From contig MU057801.1 in NCBI GenBank assembly GCA_013265495.1, positions 1,357,879-1,421,878 on the forward strand: a stretch of DNA of 64,000 bases, read 5' to 3'. A program made the translations under genes and the position numbers. Below the pieces are notes generated by a model. The model was not told the origin of the DNA. It did not search any database and saw only the letters and a program-made list of their open reading frames with translations. Positions 24,091 through 36,359 of this stretch are shown piece by piece; the first letter of the stretch is position 1, and the number at the start of each line of letters is the position of its first letter. This DNA is from Vicugna vicugna. Its lineage: Eukaryota.

Positions 24091-24834
24091 AAATACAGAA
24101 GGGATCTGGCCATGTCATTGCCCTGTAGCAGGTGGCGGTGTGGGTGTCACCTGACTTGCTCGGCTTCCCGCTCTGCGGATGCACATTGTGGTGGTTGTCA
24201 TTTACAGGAACGCCTCGTAGAAGTAGCTTTGTGCGCATGTGTGAGGTTTTGTGTGGGATGGTTACCCCTATGCTTCCAGCTTCTCACTCAAATCAGAAAT
24301 TCCAGTCGGCAGAGGGGCCCAGTTTGCCCTGGGCTGGGAGCCGGCCCCTGGGGAGACTCCCCTTTCCTGCAGTTCTGTGTGTGTCTGTGAGTAACCGTGT
24401 GGGAGCCAAGTCCTCACCTGGAGCTACAGATAAATGAGGGTGAAGCCGCAAATATGGAATCAGCAACTCAGGAGGGTGGAGGGTGTTTTGGCTTAATTGC
24501 TACTAAAAACAATGTCTTGTTCCAATGTGTCCATTCATCAAGATGCCCAGTTTCAAAAGTAAATGCCCCTGTGCCCCAGTGGCCATGCGAGGGCCTGGCG
24601 AGACTTGAGTGGCACTAAGAACACAGCGGGAGGCGTGGCGCCCCTGGCCAGCTGGTTCCGCTCTGGGACTGCGGGCTCCTTGGGGTGGGCCCCGTCGTTG
24701 CTGCTCGGGAGGGGAGGCTGGGGTTCCAGACGGGGATTTCATGATTAACTGGGGGTGGGCTTGGGGATCTGGTGACGACTAGGGCGGCTGGGCCCCCATA
24801 TCATCCCTTGGTGCCTCCCTAGGTACTCAATTTT

Positions 24835-24990
24835 GTCAGAGCTCCTGAGTTTTCAGGAGAAAGCTGGAAATCCAGATTTTTAAAATCTGGAATACTAGGA
24901 TTTTAAAATACAGGCAATTCATTAAAAACAAAACATAACCTAAAGCACTGTGCAGGTCAAACTGAGCAAGAGTCATCTGGGCACGAGTCT
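24835..24990. mobile_element. MER103-like hAT element
   Basis: ttttcaggagaaagctggaaatccagattttt...aaagcactgtgcaggtcaaac. Confidence 0.6.
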
Positions 24991-26393
24991 GACGTCACCT
25001 GGGATGTTGGTGAGAGGCTGCCGACAGGCCCGGGGAATCCACCTGCCCGTCACCTGCCCGTTCAGTCTGCCGTGGTTGCTTCATACGATTGACATCACCT
25101 GCAGGTGTGTCTGCTTGAAGGACTGATATTGGAGGGGGTGAGAGTGTGTCTGTGCTGGGAGCATAGCTGAGCTGTAGGAGGCGAACCCCTACCTTGAGTG
25201 GGGCACCGCTGGGGCTTGTGTACACTGAATTAACCCACTTTTACAGCTGGCACCACATGAACCCGGCCACTAGCTACTGAGGATGGCCTGGTGCCAATAA
25301 TGAGGGACATGTGACCTCTCCACGGAGAGTGGAGGTTTCCTCGCACTTTCAAGTGTAGCTGGGGTCCCCACACTCCGTGTGTTTTGTTTCATCTTGTGCT
25401 GCTTGTGCATGAAAGCCTTCTGTGAGGTTATGTCCGTGAAAACAAACGCCTTTTTTCTTTTCCTAATAAGAGTGGGGTAATGAAAGATAAGGGTGAGGTT
25501 ACCCCGTGGCTCCGGTGGCTGTCAACAGCCTTTCGAGATTTTCTTTTTCTGTTGAAATCGTTAATGAATTGGAGTTTTCTCCGGACCTTGTAGAAGGTAG
25601 CTTTTCAGATCTGGGCTCAGAAAATCAGAGACGCTTGTTCCATGCGGAATGTCGAAGGGCTTCGTTTGGTCTCGTGGCTGCAGACGCCGCCGGGTCCGGA
25701 CCAATCTTGCTAATTATGGCAGGTGGCTCTTTGGCCCGGGGAAGAAAGCAAGGCTTCTCTGTGCCCGCCTCGGGGCCTTCAGAAGTGATGGGAAGCCAGT
25801 CTGAGGGCCGCTTGGCTTCTAATGGTCCTCGAATGGGCTTTTGTGCGGACGTGGAACGTGATCTGAGGCATCGGGGACACCAGACAGGATGCTTTTTATG
25901 CAGCTGGGGATGTGGGCAGAGAGCAGAGCGGGGTCAAGACGGAAGCAGGGCTGCGGCCTCGAGCATCGGAAAGCAGCTTTGGAGTTGGGACAGTGAGCAC
26001 CGCGCGGGAGTTGTTCTCAGACTTTGCATTTTCAGAAGATAACCATCTGGGTGTTCGCTTCTGGTGGACCCGGGGCGGACCTAGGTGTTTCATACATGAG
26101 AGGCCTCGCTCACTTGGCCTTTGCAGCGAACTGGGGAGGTGGGAGTGATTCTGGTCCCCGAGTTACAGCGGCCCGGCTGGGACGGGGGCCCATGGCTGCA
26201 GACCCCAAGCTTGTGCTCCCAGAGGCTCAGGAGACGACGGGTCAGCAGCGGAGCAAGGTCAGAGCGAGTGGCTTCGATGTGGCCTGACGTCTTCTGCTTT
26301 CCTGTCCCTCTAAGGCGGGCAGTGGGAGGCGTCAGGCCGGCGAGCACTTGCTGCGAAGCTCAGACGGCCTTAGGCTGCTCAGAGCCCTGCTGC

Positions 26394-26586
26394 TTTTTTT
26401 TTTCTTTAATTTTTTCTTAGGTTTTCCTTTTTGAGATAAATTTTATATTTTATATTTTTATCTCTTAGGGGATAATTAGGTTTTATTTATTTAGAATTTT
26501 TTCTTTTTAGCAGAGGGACTGGGAATTGAACCCACGACCTCGTGCAAGCTAAGCACACGTCCTACCACTGAGCTGTGTCGCCCCCT
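26394..26586 (-). mobile_element. vic-1-type SINE, diverged, long tail
   Basis: actgggaattgaacccacgacctcgtgcaagctaagcacacgtcctaccactgagctgtgtcgccccc; gataattaggttttatttattt tail. Confidence 0.85.
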
Positions 26587-26655
26587 CAGTAACCTGTTTC
26601 TGCTCGCCTGACAGATTTGCCCTAAACCCTGGCAGTTGGTGCACATTTACGGCCA

Positions 26656-26709
26656 GCATGAGAAAAAAATCGTGCATGAGAGAAAAATCATGCGTGAGAA
26701 GAAAGCCGT
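26656..26709. repeat. 18-bp minisatellite x3
   Basis: gcatgagaaaaaaatcgt / gcatgagagaaaaatcat / gcgtgagaagaaagccgt. Confidence 0.85.
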
Positions 26710-27261
26710 GCACTACTGGTGCCAAGTGACGAGCCACTCTGGACCTGCTCCGTGACTAATGATGCCGGGCGGGGATTTTCCTTCCTTTCCTGTTTCCTCT
26801 TTTTCCTGTAAACTCTCCAGCCAGATGCCTTGACCAGCCCCAGCCCCTCACACCTCCTTGGGAAGTTTGTGGCCCCTGCTTGCTTTTCCCTTTGAACAGT
26901 CTTCCCTGTTACCTTTTGCATCAATGTGAAAGCTGGGAGAATCGGATGGAGCCCACCTGCACACGCAGCGCCGCGATGCTGCTGTGAGCACTTCCGCTTT
27001 CTCACGCGCTGCCGGGTGCCTGCCTCCCCCGCCCGCCAGTCCTTTTTTCCCCTTGAAATGCACTCACAGTGCATCACAGACATTCTCCACTGCCTCCCCA
27101 GACACTTCAGCGTGCGTATCCTTGAGATTTCAAAAATATTTATTTTTGGTTTCTTTTCTGTAAAGTAAAAATGTACTTATGGTGAAATGCAGACTTCCTC
27201 TGTGTACCTTTCATAAAGTTTTCTTTCCATTTGCCTTTGTCCACATTCAAATATCCTCTCG

Positions 27262-27648
27262 TACTAAGTGAAATTGGTCAGACAGAGAAAGACAGATCAT
27301 ATGACATCACTTACATGTGGAACCTAAAAAAAGTGGTACAAATGAACTTGTTTACAAAACAGAAGGAGACTCACAGACATAGAAAACAAACTTACAGTTA
27401 CTGGGAGAAAGGGGATGGGAGGGACAAGTAAGGAGTTCGGGATTAACATATACACAGTACTTTATATAAATAGACAAACAACAAGTCCCACTGCCCAGCA
27501 CAGGGAACTGTAACACCTTGTAATAGTCTATAATGAAAAAGAATATGAAAAGGAATATATGTATACAAGTAAATGCATAACTGAGTCACTCTGCTGTGCA
27601 CCCGGAGCTGACGCAGCGCTGTAAGTCAACTGAACTTCAATAAAACAA
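27262..27648 (+). mobile_element. Cetartiodactyl L1 3' end
   Basis: tactaagtgaaattggtcagacagagaaagac...cacagggaact...aaagaatatgaaaaggaatatat...acttcaataaaa. Confidence 0.92.
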
Positions 27649-27829
27649 TCAGACCGCCATGCCTTCAACCCCGCAAGATCTCCTTCCGCTACTGCCCCGT
27701 ATCTCTCACCCTCATCTTCACCCAGGCTCCGAATGCCCCCCCCACCTGCTTGCCCCCTTCTGGCTCCTTCCCCACCCCTCCTGCTGTCTTCACGGACGCT
27801 GCCAACAACCTCCGATCCCCAAACCCAAA

Positions 27830-28920
27830 GGGTGTTTCCAGCGGTGACGTCCTCACACCCTCCGTGGCCGTGGACACTGGCCTCTCCTCCCCTCGGCACA
27901 CTGTCCTCTTGACCCTCAGGGGCTCGACTGCCGTGGTGACCCCCCGCCCTCTGCTGCCCGTTCTTTCTCTGCTGTGAGGTCACGTTCACCACCTTCTCCG
28001 CAATTAAGCACAAGATCTGCCTGGGGCTCCAGGCTGAGCCCCACTGTCCTCCCGCCTCTTCACCTCCCGAGATGCCCTCACCCACTCCCCTGGCTCCCGT
28101 GTCCACCTGCACAGGTGCGGCTCTCAGATCCAGGCTCCGGCTGGTGCCTTTCCTCCAGCGCTGCACCCGGTGCTCAGGTCAGCATCTCCTCTTGGTGGCG
28201 TGGAAGCCCCCGCGGTCTTCACGTCCAAACCAAGCTCACAGTCTGTCCTCCTCACACGCACGGGGCCTCCTCCGGGGTCCCCAGCACACTGGGATGTTAC
28301 CCAATGGCATTACCTGTTAGAGCCACTCCATCCCCAGCTCTGTGATTTGCCTTCAGCAGCAACCATCTCTCGCCTTCTGCTTCTCGCCACTGCCGAGGTC
28401 AGGGCTCCCGCCGGTGCCCTCCCGCCGCCCATCTCCACCAGGCAGCCACGCGCCTGGGCCTGGAGCTCCCCGGCCTGAGACCCCGGTGCTTTTCCACAGC
28501 TTTCTGTCATCACAGGGTGGCAAGGACCCCTGCCCGCCTGTCCCGCCTGCCTCCCACCCCTCCACCCTCACTGGGCACCTTTAATGCCCCAGCACGCCTG
28601 CCCCTTCCCACCCACCGCTGGCCCCTCCCTGTGCCCGGCTCCCCTGTCACCCCCTCTCTGCCCGCCCAGCACCCTCTCCTCCACGCACACACCTTGCCCC
28701 CGGACACTCTGTGTCTGTGAGGACCACTTGCCTCCTTTCAGATACTTAGACAGTCACACCTCTGCGTGTCCGTGGGATTAACGTCCACCTCCTCCCATTT
28801 CCTTTCTTATTTATTTATTTATTTATTATTTATTTATTTTTGCTTTTGTTTTGTCTTCAGGGCCCAGTGCAGTGTCTGGCACATACTAGATGCACAGCAG
28901 TGTCTGTGGACCGAATACGC
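27830..28920 (+). mobile_element. Degraded L2, several fragments
   Basis: C-rich L2-like body (cacgtccaaaccaagctc) and 3' end cagggcccagtgcagtgtctggcacatactagatgc. Confidence 0.55.
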
Positions 28921-29099
28921 GCACGCTCATGCTTTCGGTTACTCCTCGGCTTCCAGGGTGGAAGGCACTTAGTGTGACCCCAGGCATCGAAGTTGGAGAA
29001 GTAGCATGACGGCTGCCAGTTCAGACTAAAGAGAACGTTCTGATAAATCTGGGAACCTAGTTCCTCGGGTAGGAAGCAAAGGCTCACTCATGTCCCCTC

Positions 29100-30500
29100 A
29101 ATTTTGGTTTTGTTTTGAATTTGGACTTGGTGGCCGTGCACCCCGTGGCTCACGGCTGGCAGACGGCCGCCTCCACCCGGGCGCCGCTGGCGAGTCCGGC
29201 CCTCCTCCTAGTGGTGGGACCTTCGCGGGGAGGCGGATTAGTGCGCTTCACACGGCCGCCTTCGTCGCAGATGTTTCGAGAAACGCTTTGCTATTATTAC
29301 TGTTCCTGGTGTGGTGTCTGCAACTGTCTGCACACGCGGAGTCTCTTTATTAAAGCAAATAAAACCATAATTAGGTGCAGCCCAATTCAAACAGTGGCAG
29401 CAGCCTGGAGCAGGAAGCCATAATTCAAGAACGAGGGGGTTCTCGGCAAGTGGCACGGCGCCTGCCCGGTAACTGGCTGTGTGCGGGTGCTGTGAGCCGC
29501 CCCGGAGAGCTCTGACCTGCGTCCCTGAAGCCTGGCAGGGAGGGCGGACAGGGGAGGGAGGAGGCAGACCACCAGGGTCACGCCGGCAGCTGCCTGAGGC
29601 CAAGCCCTTGAAGAAACCCGGGGGACGAGGCCGAAGCGGAAAGAAGTGTCCCCGCGCGCACGGCCGGGGGACGCGCAGTCCCGAAGGCTTTGGGAATCAC
29701 ACGGAAGCTGGGAGTTCAGAGAAAATCCAAAGGAGGCTGTTCCCTGCGCTCAAACTGTGGTTTCCGGGAGACGAGAAGGATGAAGCCAGAGATCAGATCA
29801 GCAATTCGAGGGCAAGCAGACAAAGACCACGGGTGGAGCCTCGACCGCGGAGGCTTCGGCTGTGCTCCCGACGGCCGGCGGCTGCGCTGTGAGGTCGGCA
29901 CGACGCCGAGTGGATGGCGGCCGCTTTAAGTGAAATTAATGCCCGGAGCGCGTAGAGCGTCCTTCATTATTCTCCGTGATGCGGAGACGCGTTGGAGACC
30001 CTTCCCGGCCTCTCAGTGACACTCTTCACGCAAAATTTATCTCTTTTATGGGTTTGAAGCTCTTTCAGATACATATCAAAGACCTTCCATGCCTCCACCA
30101 CGCGTAATGCATTCTGCAGCCGCGGCAATAAATCATCTTCCTTCCCGGCCGTCCGCGGGAGCAAGCACGGCGCTGCCTGGGGCGGAAGGGGCGCCTGGCG
30201 CTCGCGTTCGCACGCTGCCTGCTGCGCCGTGGCGCCGCGCTCCTCACCCCGCTAGGGCCCCGCAGAGCGGCGAGGCGTGGGGAGCACCCCAGTCACTCTT
30301 CTGCTTCCGAAGCCACTGTCCGTGTCGCTGGAGCAGGAGATGTAGTGGACCGACCGCGGCTGCCTCTGAGCCGAGGGCCGAAGGCCTCTGTTGCCGCCTG
30401 TTGACAGAGAAACCAAATGAGACACGAGGGGCCTCGGGGCCGGGAGGGGCGCCAGCATCCTCCTGGCTGCCACGCGGGGCAGCGCCCAGCCTGTGGCTCC
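29100..30500. promoter_or_regulatory. CpG-island-like region with homeodomain motif clusters (candidate enhancer)
   Basis: CpG-dense, no recognisable repeat; AT-rich cores at 29340-29430 and 30030-30140 carry TAATTA, TTTTATGG and TGATTTAT motifs. Confidence 0.45.
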
Positions 30501-30749
30501 GGGAGCTTCCGTCACTCAGGTGACTGGTGCCGAATCAAAGGCACTGGGCTTTGCAGAGCTTGTGGGTCCATGGGGCTCTGTGTGTGGTGTCGATCACAAA
30601 GCAGCAGGACAGGTACTTTCTAAAAAAAGGAAACAGAATTTTGCTCCCTGTGGTGTCATTTCCAAAGGCCAACCTGTGTTGGAGGAAAGGCGCCCTGTAG
30701 GGGAGATGGCTGGGTGTCTCCATGCCCATCTGCCTTCCTCTTCTTCCAC

Positions 30750-31065
30750 AGGAGCAGAGCCCAGATTTACAGCTGGACAAATGATAGCGCAGGTGACCGC
30801 TCCCAGTCTCCTCTGCAGCTGGATGTGGCCCTGGGACCAAGGTCTGGCTTTTTGGGATGTGGAAGTCAGAGTGTCTGACGGCAGGTCTGAGAACTCCCTT
30901 ACATGGCAGTTAGTGTGTGCTCTTTGCCTCTTTATCCTCCTTTCTGGCTGAGATACTGGACGTACTGGCTGGAGCTGGAGCAGCCGCCTTGGGCCATGTG
31001 GTAGAGTGGAGGTTGTACACAAAGAAGCTACAAAATAAGAGGCAATGAGTTCTTGAGGCTTCATG
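30750..31065 (+). mobile_element. MLT1 (J-like) LTR fragment
   Basis: ctcccagtctcctctgcagctggatgtggccctgggaccaag...tggctggagctggagcagccgccttgggccatg. Confidence 0.7.
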
Positions 31066-31329
31066 GTGTAGAGACGCTTAATAAATGGGTCAGGATGGCC
31101 TGACTGTGGACCACAGTGGGTGAGAGTTATAGACTCCAATCCTGGTGACCGATCTTATAGTTCAGACAGAGGCTCAGCTGTACCCTAGTTGGCGGAAAAG
31201 AGAACTTTCTCTTTCCTCCTCCTTTCTCCCTGGTGCGGGTCCCCGGTGAGCCACCTGGGCCACAGGACACCCACATGGATTCCCTAACTCAGCCTCCCTG
31301 GTGCTAACGGGAGTACTACAGGACGCATC

Positions 31330-31690
31330 CGGGAAGGGGTGAGGAGGTGAGGGTCGGGTGCACAGGGGAAGAGCATTTGGACAGAAGGATGTCTTGTGCA
31401 AAGTCCCTGTGGTCCGAGAGACCGAGGGGAGTTAGAGGACCTGACGGAAGACCAGTGTGGCTGGAGGGCAGAGAGGGGTAGGGTTGGGCGTGGGGACAGG
31501 AAAAGACCCGGAATCGGCTCTTCCAGGGGTTTCATCCTAATAAGAGCAGATTGGGAAACTTTAAGCAGTGGGGCACTGTGGTAAGATCTGTGGTTTGATC
31601 AGGCTGTGACAGTGGCCCCAGAGAGAGACGACAGTGGCATGGATGGGAGGGGGTGGTGGTGCAGGAGGAGGGAAGTGGGTGGATCCAGAA
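31330..31690 (-). mobile_element. L2 fragment
   Basis: gggaagagcatttggacagaagg...gtgcaaagtccctgtgg...ccagtgtggctggag...ctttaagcagtgggg. Confidence 0.7.
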
Positions 31691-32329
31691 ACCACGCAGG
31701 AGGCAAAGCACCTACTGTGCGCCAGGCGCCGCTCTAACGAAAGCTCAGCGAGCAGAGCTGGCGTTGGGAGGCGCGGGAGGGGGCCTTGAACTCAGCCACT
31801 GGAGGCACTTTACACGATGTCAGTCTGTTCCGTGGCTCAACATCTCCAAACGCCATCAGCCCCTTCAAGACCTGCTGCTGCATGTAACTAGGGTTCACAG
31901 CTGACACGAAACCCTTCCAGATGCTGTTAAACCCATGGCTGCATTCCTGGCCTGTATCTCAGGGAGGCTGGGGAACAGCTCCAGGTCACCAGGCAGCGAT
32001 GCTCGGGGGACAGTGACGCAGTCTGCTTTCTCATCTGCCAGAAGTGTTACCAGCCTTTTTAATAATGTCTGAGTCCTTTTAGTTTAGTTTGTTTTACTCT
32101 CTCCAGAGGCTCAAAGGTAAGGTGTGTATTTACTCGATGCCAGCAGCTTAAAAGTGAGGACTTCATAGAAATTAAAGTCCATCTGTCCGGGTTGGTAGAA
32201 CCAGCAGCCTCCGCTTGTCAGGATTTAGTGAGCGCTGAGAACTCCGCTGAATCCTGACAGGCCACTGATGTGCACTGAACACATGGCCACCTTGCCTCTC
32301 ACCCCCTCATTATGGTCTTATTTAATCGA

Positions 32330-32470
32330 GGGAAGAACTATTATTATTCCCATTTAGTAGATGAGGAAACTGAGGCTCAGAAAGATCAGGTAAAGCTTCC
32401 TAAGTTATACAGCTAGAAAAACAACAGAGGCAACATTTGAAACACTGTCCGTTTGCTTCCATAAGCAGTG
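32330..32470 (-). mobile_element. MIR SINE
   Basis: attattattcccatttagtagatgaggaaactgaggctcagaaag. Confidence 0.85.
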
Positions 32471-32561
32471 ACCTCTGTTGCCTTCTTTTAATCTCCTAGA
32501 AGCTAAAGGCTTCCAGTTGGATAGTTTTTAGAATTTCCAGAGAGGAAAGAACATGCTTAAT

Positions 32562-33195
32562 ACCCAGCAGCCCCGCCCCTGGGCGTGTATCTGGGAAAGA
32601 CGAAAACTCTGATTCAAAAAGACACCTGCACCCCAGCATTCACAGCAGCACCATTCACAATAGCCGAGACACGGAAGCAGCCTACATGTCCACCGACAGA
32701 TGCCTGGGTAAAGAAGATGTGGTATATGTACACAATGGAATACTACTCAGCCATAAAAAAGAATAAAATAATGCCATTTGCAGCAACATGGATGGACCTA
32801 GAGATTATCATACTAAGTGAAGTAAGTCAGAGAAAAACAAATACATGTCATTTATATGTGTAATCTAAAAAATTTGATACCAAGCAATGAACTTATTTAC
32901 AAACCAGAAATAGACTCACAGACATAAAGAACAAACTGTGGATACCAAAGGGGAAAGGGGTCGGGGGGAGGGATAAATTAGGAGTTTGGGATTAACATAC
33001 ATGCTATTATATATAAAATAGATGAACTACAAGGACCTACTGCACAGTGCAGGGACCTATATTCAATATCTTGTACCAGCCTATCATGGAAAAGAATCTG
33101 AAAAAGAATAAATATATGTATATTTATATTTATAACTTTATGGTACACATGAAGCTAACACCACATTGTCAATCAACTGTACTTCAATAAAAATA
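32562..33195 (+). mobile_element. Cetartiodactyl L1 3' end including ORF2 C-terminus remnant
   Basis: ORF 32585-32863 ...KKMWYMYTMEYYSAIKKNKIMPFAATWMDLEIIILSEVSQ is the L1 ORF2p C-terminus; 3'UTR and aataaa follow. Confidence 0.95.
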
Positions 33196-33339
33196 GTCTA
33201 ATAAAAGTGGACTTGACTTTATTTTATCAACTACAGATTATCTTCTTAATAGGTGACGTGTATTAGACATCAACAAACAGAAACACATCATTGGGACAAT
33301 TACTGAACAGTGTCTCATAAATAATAAAATAAAGTGTAC

Positions 33340-33950
33340 TTTTAACCAGCTTTAGGGAGGAACAGTTCATACACAATAAAATCCATGGGATTTGGGGCAA
33401 GCTTGATTAGTCTGGCAGGTGTAGACAGTCAGGTGCCCACCCTCACAGACATTTCCGTCTCCACCAGAGCCGCCCTTCCCGGCACCTCGGGCCCCAGGGA
33501 ACCACTGGTCTGCTTTCTGTCACTGCTGCTTTGCCTTCCCTGGGATTTCAGATATACATGGAATCATGTAATATTTAGGGTTTTTTCACAGCGTGTGTCT
33601 GGCTTCTTTCACTTGGCAAAAAGCTCTCACGATGCATCCATCCTGCTGCGTGTGTCCGCAGTTCCTCTCTTTTTCTTACTAAATAGTGCTCCATTGTGTG
33701 GAGGTTCCCTGTTAATGGCCGTGTGGGTTGTTTCCAGCGTTTGGCTGTTGTGAATAAGCTGTTATGGTCACTCCTGGGCACATCTGTGGTGAACGTAACG
33801 TTTCCTTTCCCCTGAGTGCATACCTAGGAGCGAGTCCAGTGGATCGTACGTACGGAAGGTACACGTTTAACTTTGCAAGAGACCGCCAAAGTGCTTCCCA
33901 GCGTGTCTGTACCACAGAACCCCGCCAGCAGCACACGCGTTCCAGCTGCG
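33340..33950 (-). mobile_element. Old L1 (L1MB7/L1ME-like) 3' region
   Basis: aaccactggtctgctttctgtcact...atggaatcatgtaata...ggttgtttccagcgtttggctgttgtgaataagctg...catacctaggag. Confidence 0.8.
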
Positions 33951-34929
33951 CCCTGAGTGGTGGCTGAGCATCCCTGGGCCCTGCTCGTTCCCCCGGGCCC
34001 TGGCTCTTCCGCTGTGAAAAGTGTGCGCTTGCTGAAGGCCCCCACCTCCCATGACTCAGCGAGGAGTCTTTACGGCCCAGGCGCCACCTGCCACGTTCCC
34101 CCCGGGCTGGTGGTGCAGAGGTGCAGAGTTTGAGTTCCCCGGAAACCTTACTTGTTCTTTTCTAAAATTTTCTTTTCACCAGAAAAAGAATTCTAAGTAG
34201 ATGTGGTTGAAACCTGGGCTTTCAAAATTCTGAGGCTTAAGATATGATTGTGTTTTATACAGTTTCTTAGAAGTTTCCCCTGCATGACCCACTGGGCTGT
34301 AGCCAGGCTATCGGTGGTTCCAGTGATTCTTTATTTCACCTTGGCATGTCTTTTATCAGAAATCATATGGAAACTTTTAATTTATGGGCTTTTATTGCAA
34401 TCCACAATTCACCCTGAGTAGGCTATTATTAAGTGTCCTCCAAGTTCTTATTGTGCCTTATCGGAGAATTGTATCTCAGTGCAATTCATCTGGAGTCATT
34501 CTTCACAGAGAGACTCTTTCATATTACCTTTCTTTCATCAGACAACGACAACCCTTGAATACATCATTATTCCACAATGAGCTTATGAATTATTATCATT
34601 AGGCAATTTTTTATGTAATCTGATGTTATAAACTGTTCCTTTGTATGACCGTTAGGGGAGACAGTAAATGTATCTGTCTGTTTTGATCCGCCATGAAAAC
34701 AGTAATAGAAAAACCCAGTACGAACATCACATTGAGCCACAGACACACCGGATCTGCCGTGAGCTCGCCTGGGACGCTCACGCACGCGTAGCCAAGCACC
34801 CGGCCCCGCTCTAATGAGCCACAGGTGCCACCTGCAGTGCTGACTTAATCGGTCACGTTGAGTTATCAGAGTGTCTTAAGCAGGATTTTTTCTTCTTCAC
34901 AGCAGTGAGTTTTACAAAAGGAAAAATAA

Positions 34930-35102
34930 GGGGGGAAGAGGGCAGTGGAGGGATAAATTGGGAGTTTGGGATCAGCAGACACACACTACTATGTATAAAA
35001 CAGGTAAGCAACAAGGACCTGCTGTAGAGCACAGGGAACTGTGTTCAGTACCTTGTCATAGCCTAGAATGGAAAAGAATATGAAAAGGAATATATATCTA
35101 TT
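34930..35102 (+). mobile_element. L1 3'UTR fragment truncated at both ends
   Basis: gggataaattgggagtttgggat...acaaggacctgctgtagagcacagggaact...aaaagaatatgaaaaggaatatat; lacks the terminal part seen in other in-window copies. Confidence 0.85.
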
Positions 35103-35331
35103 AAAAGGCAAACCAAATATTTTTTAAATGGAGCAAAAAGCCAAAGTGGATTATTTAGAATATCTGATTCAGGGTGTGACCTGGCAACCCAAAGAAGAGC
35201 AACCCCCTGCTGTGCTCCAAACTTGGGGTCACTGCCCCCCTCACCCTCCTTACCTGTTCTGAGGGGACGCAGAGTTTTTTTTCTGGTCGTAGAGAAGTGA
35301 GAAGGAACATTTTCTGCATGTGGCTTTTAGA

Positions 35332-35557
35332 CCAGCATTGTCCTGTGACTGTGGTAGTGGGGATGTTTTCTCATCTGCCCTGTCCACTGTGGCACCCACC
35401 AGCCACTAGCCACGTGTGTGGCATTGAGCATGTGAAACGTGGCTAGTGCAACTGAAGAACTGAATTTTAAATTTCATTTAATTCCAATTAATTGAAATTT
35501 AAGCTGAAATAACGTTGTGGGGCTGGCGGCTACAGAACTGGACAGTGCGGTTTTAGA
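35332..35557. mobile_element. MER3 hAT element
   Basis: agccactagccacgtg...tgaaacgtggctagtgcaactgaagaactgaattttaaatttcatttaatt...ctggacagtgcgg. Confidence 0.85.
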
Positions 35558-35739
35558 TTGTCCACAGTTTGTGGTATTCATAGTCTGCATGACTGCTTGT
35601 TTCCATTAGAATGGGTAATTGAGAACGGACTTATTATTTTCCAACCTGGGTGATGCTCCAGCTGAGTGGGACATGTAACGTCCCTGAAGTAACGTCCTGC
35701 AGCTACAGACCTCTGGCCGTGGTGAGGCGAGGCTCTCAC

Positions 35740-35900
35740 ACTTTCCCTGGGTTGGCTCATCTCCTCCTCCCAACAGTTACAAAAGAGGTACCGCTTTTAC
35801 CCTCATTTCACAGTTAAGGGAATGGAGGAAGCACAGAGAGGTTGAGTGACTCACCCAGGGCCACACAGCTTAGCAGCTGCCTGGTTCCAGAGTCCCTCTT
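35740..35900 (-). mobile_element. MIR SINE
   Basis: cctcatttcacag...agcacagagaggttgagtgactcacccagggccacacagct. Confidence 0.75.
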
Positions 35901-36254
35901 TACCAGTCTACCAAACTGTGCCCTGGGTCTGACTCTCAACTCGTTTGCGACGGTCGTTGGAATGAGGTTAAGATGGGATATGCTATGATGATGCTTATCT
36001 TGGTGAGAGATTGGACTGGATAAATTCTGACACCTGTCCTATCTCCAAATTTCTATGATTGTAAAGATTAAGACAGTTTAATGGAATTTTAATTTCCTTA
36101 CAGGTAAGACCCACTTTTTTTTTTATGATTAACTATAACTCAATAAAAATTTTTTTTTTTTAAAAGAAGACCCGCTTTTTAAGGGAACCTAGTTTAACAT
36201 TCCATCTCCCGCTTCGGAGGCTTTGGGGATGACGGGCTATTTTCCTGTTTTCTT

Positions 36255-36359
36255 CCTTTTTTCACTGAAGTACAGTCAGTTACAGTGTGTCAGTTTCCGG
36301 GGCTCGGCGCAGTGCCGCAGTCATGCCTGCGCGTACACACGTGCATTTTCGCGTTTTGT
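36255..36359 (-). mobile_element. Short young L1 3' end, strongly GC-shifted
   Basis: Aligns to the in-window copy at 15631-15725; TSD tttcctgttttctt (36241-36254) / tttcttgttttctt (36360-36373). Confidence 0.8.

Noticed and set aside
32585..32863. Protein-like ORFs here and at 47895-48164, 49110-50562, 57327-57545
   Set aside because: Decayed L1 ORF2 fragments, not host genes.
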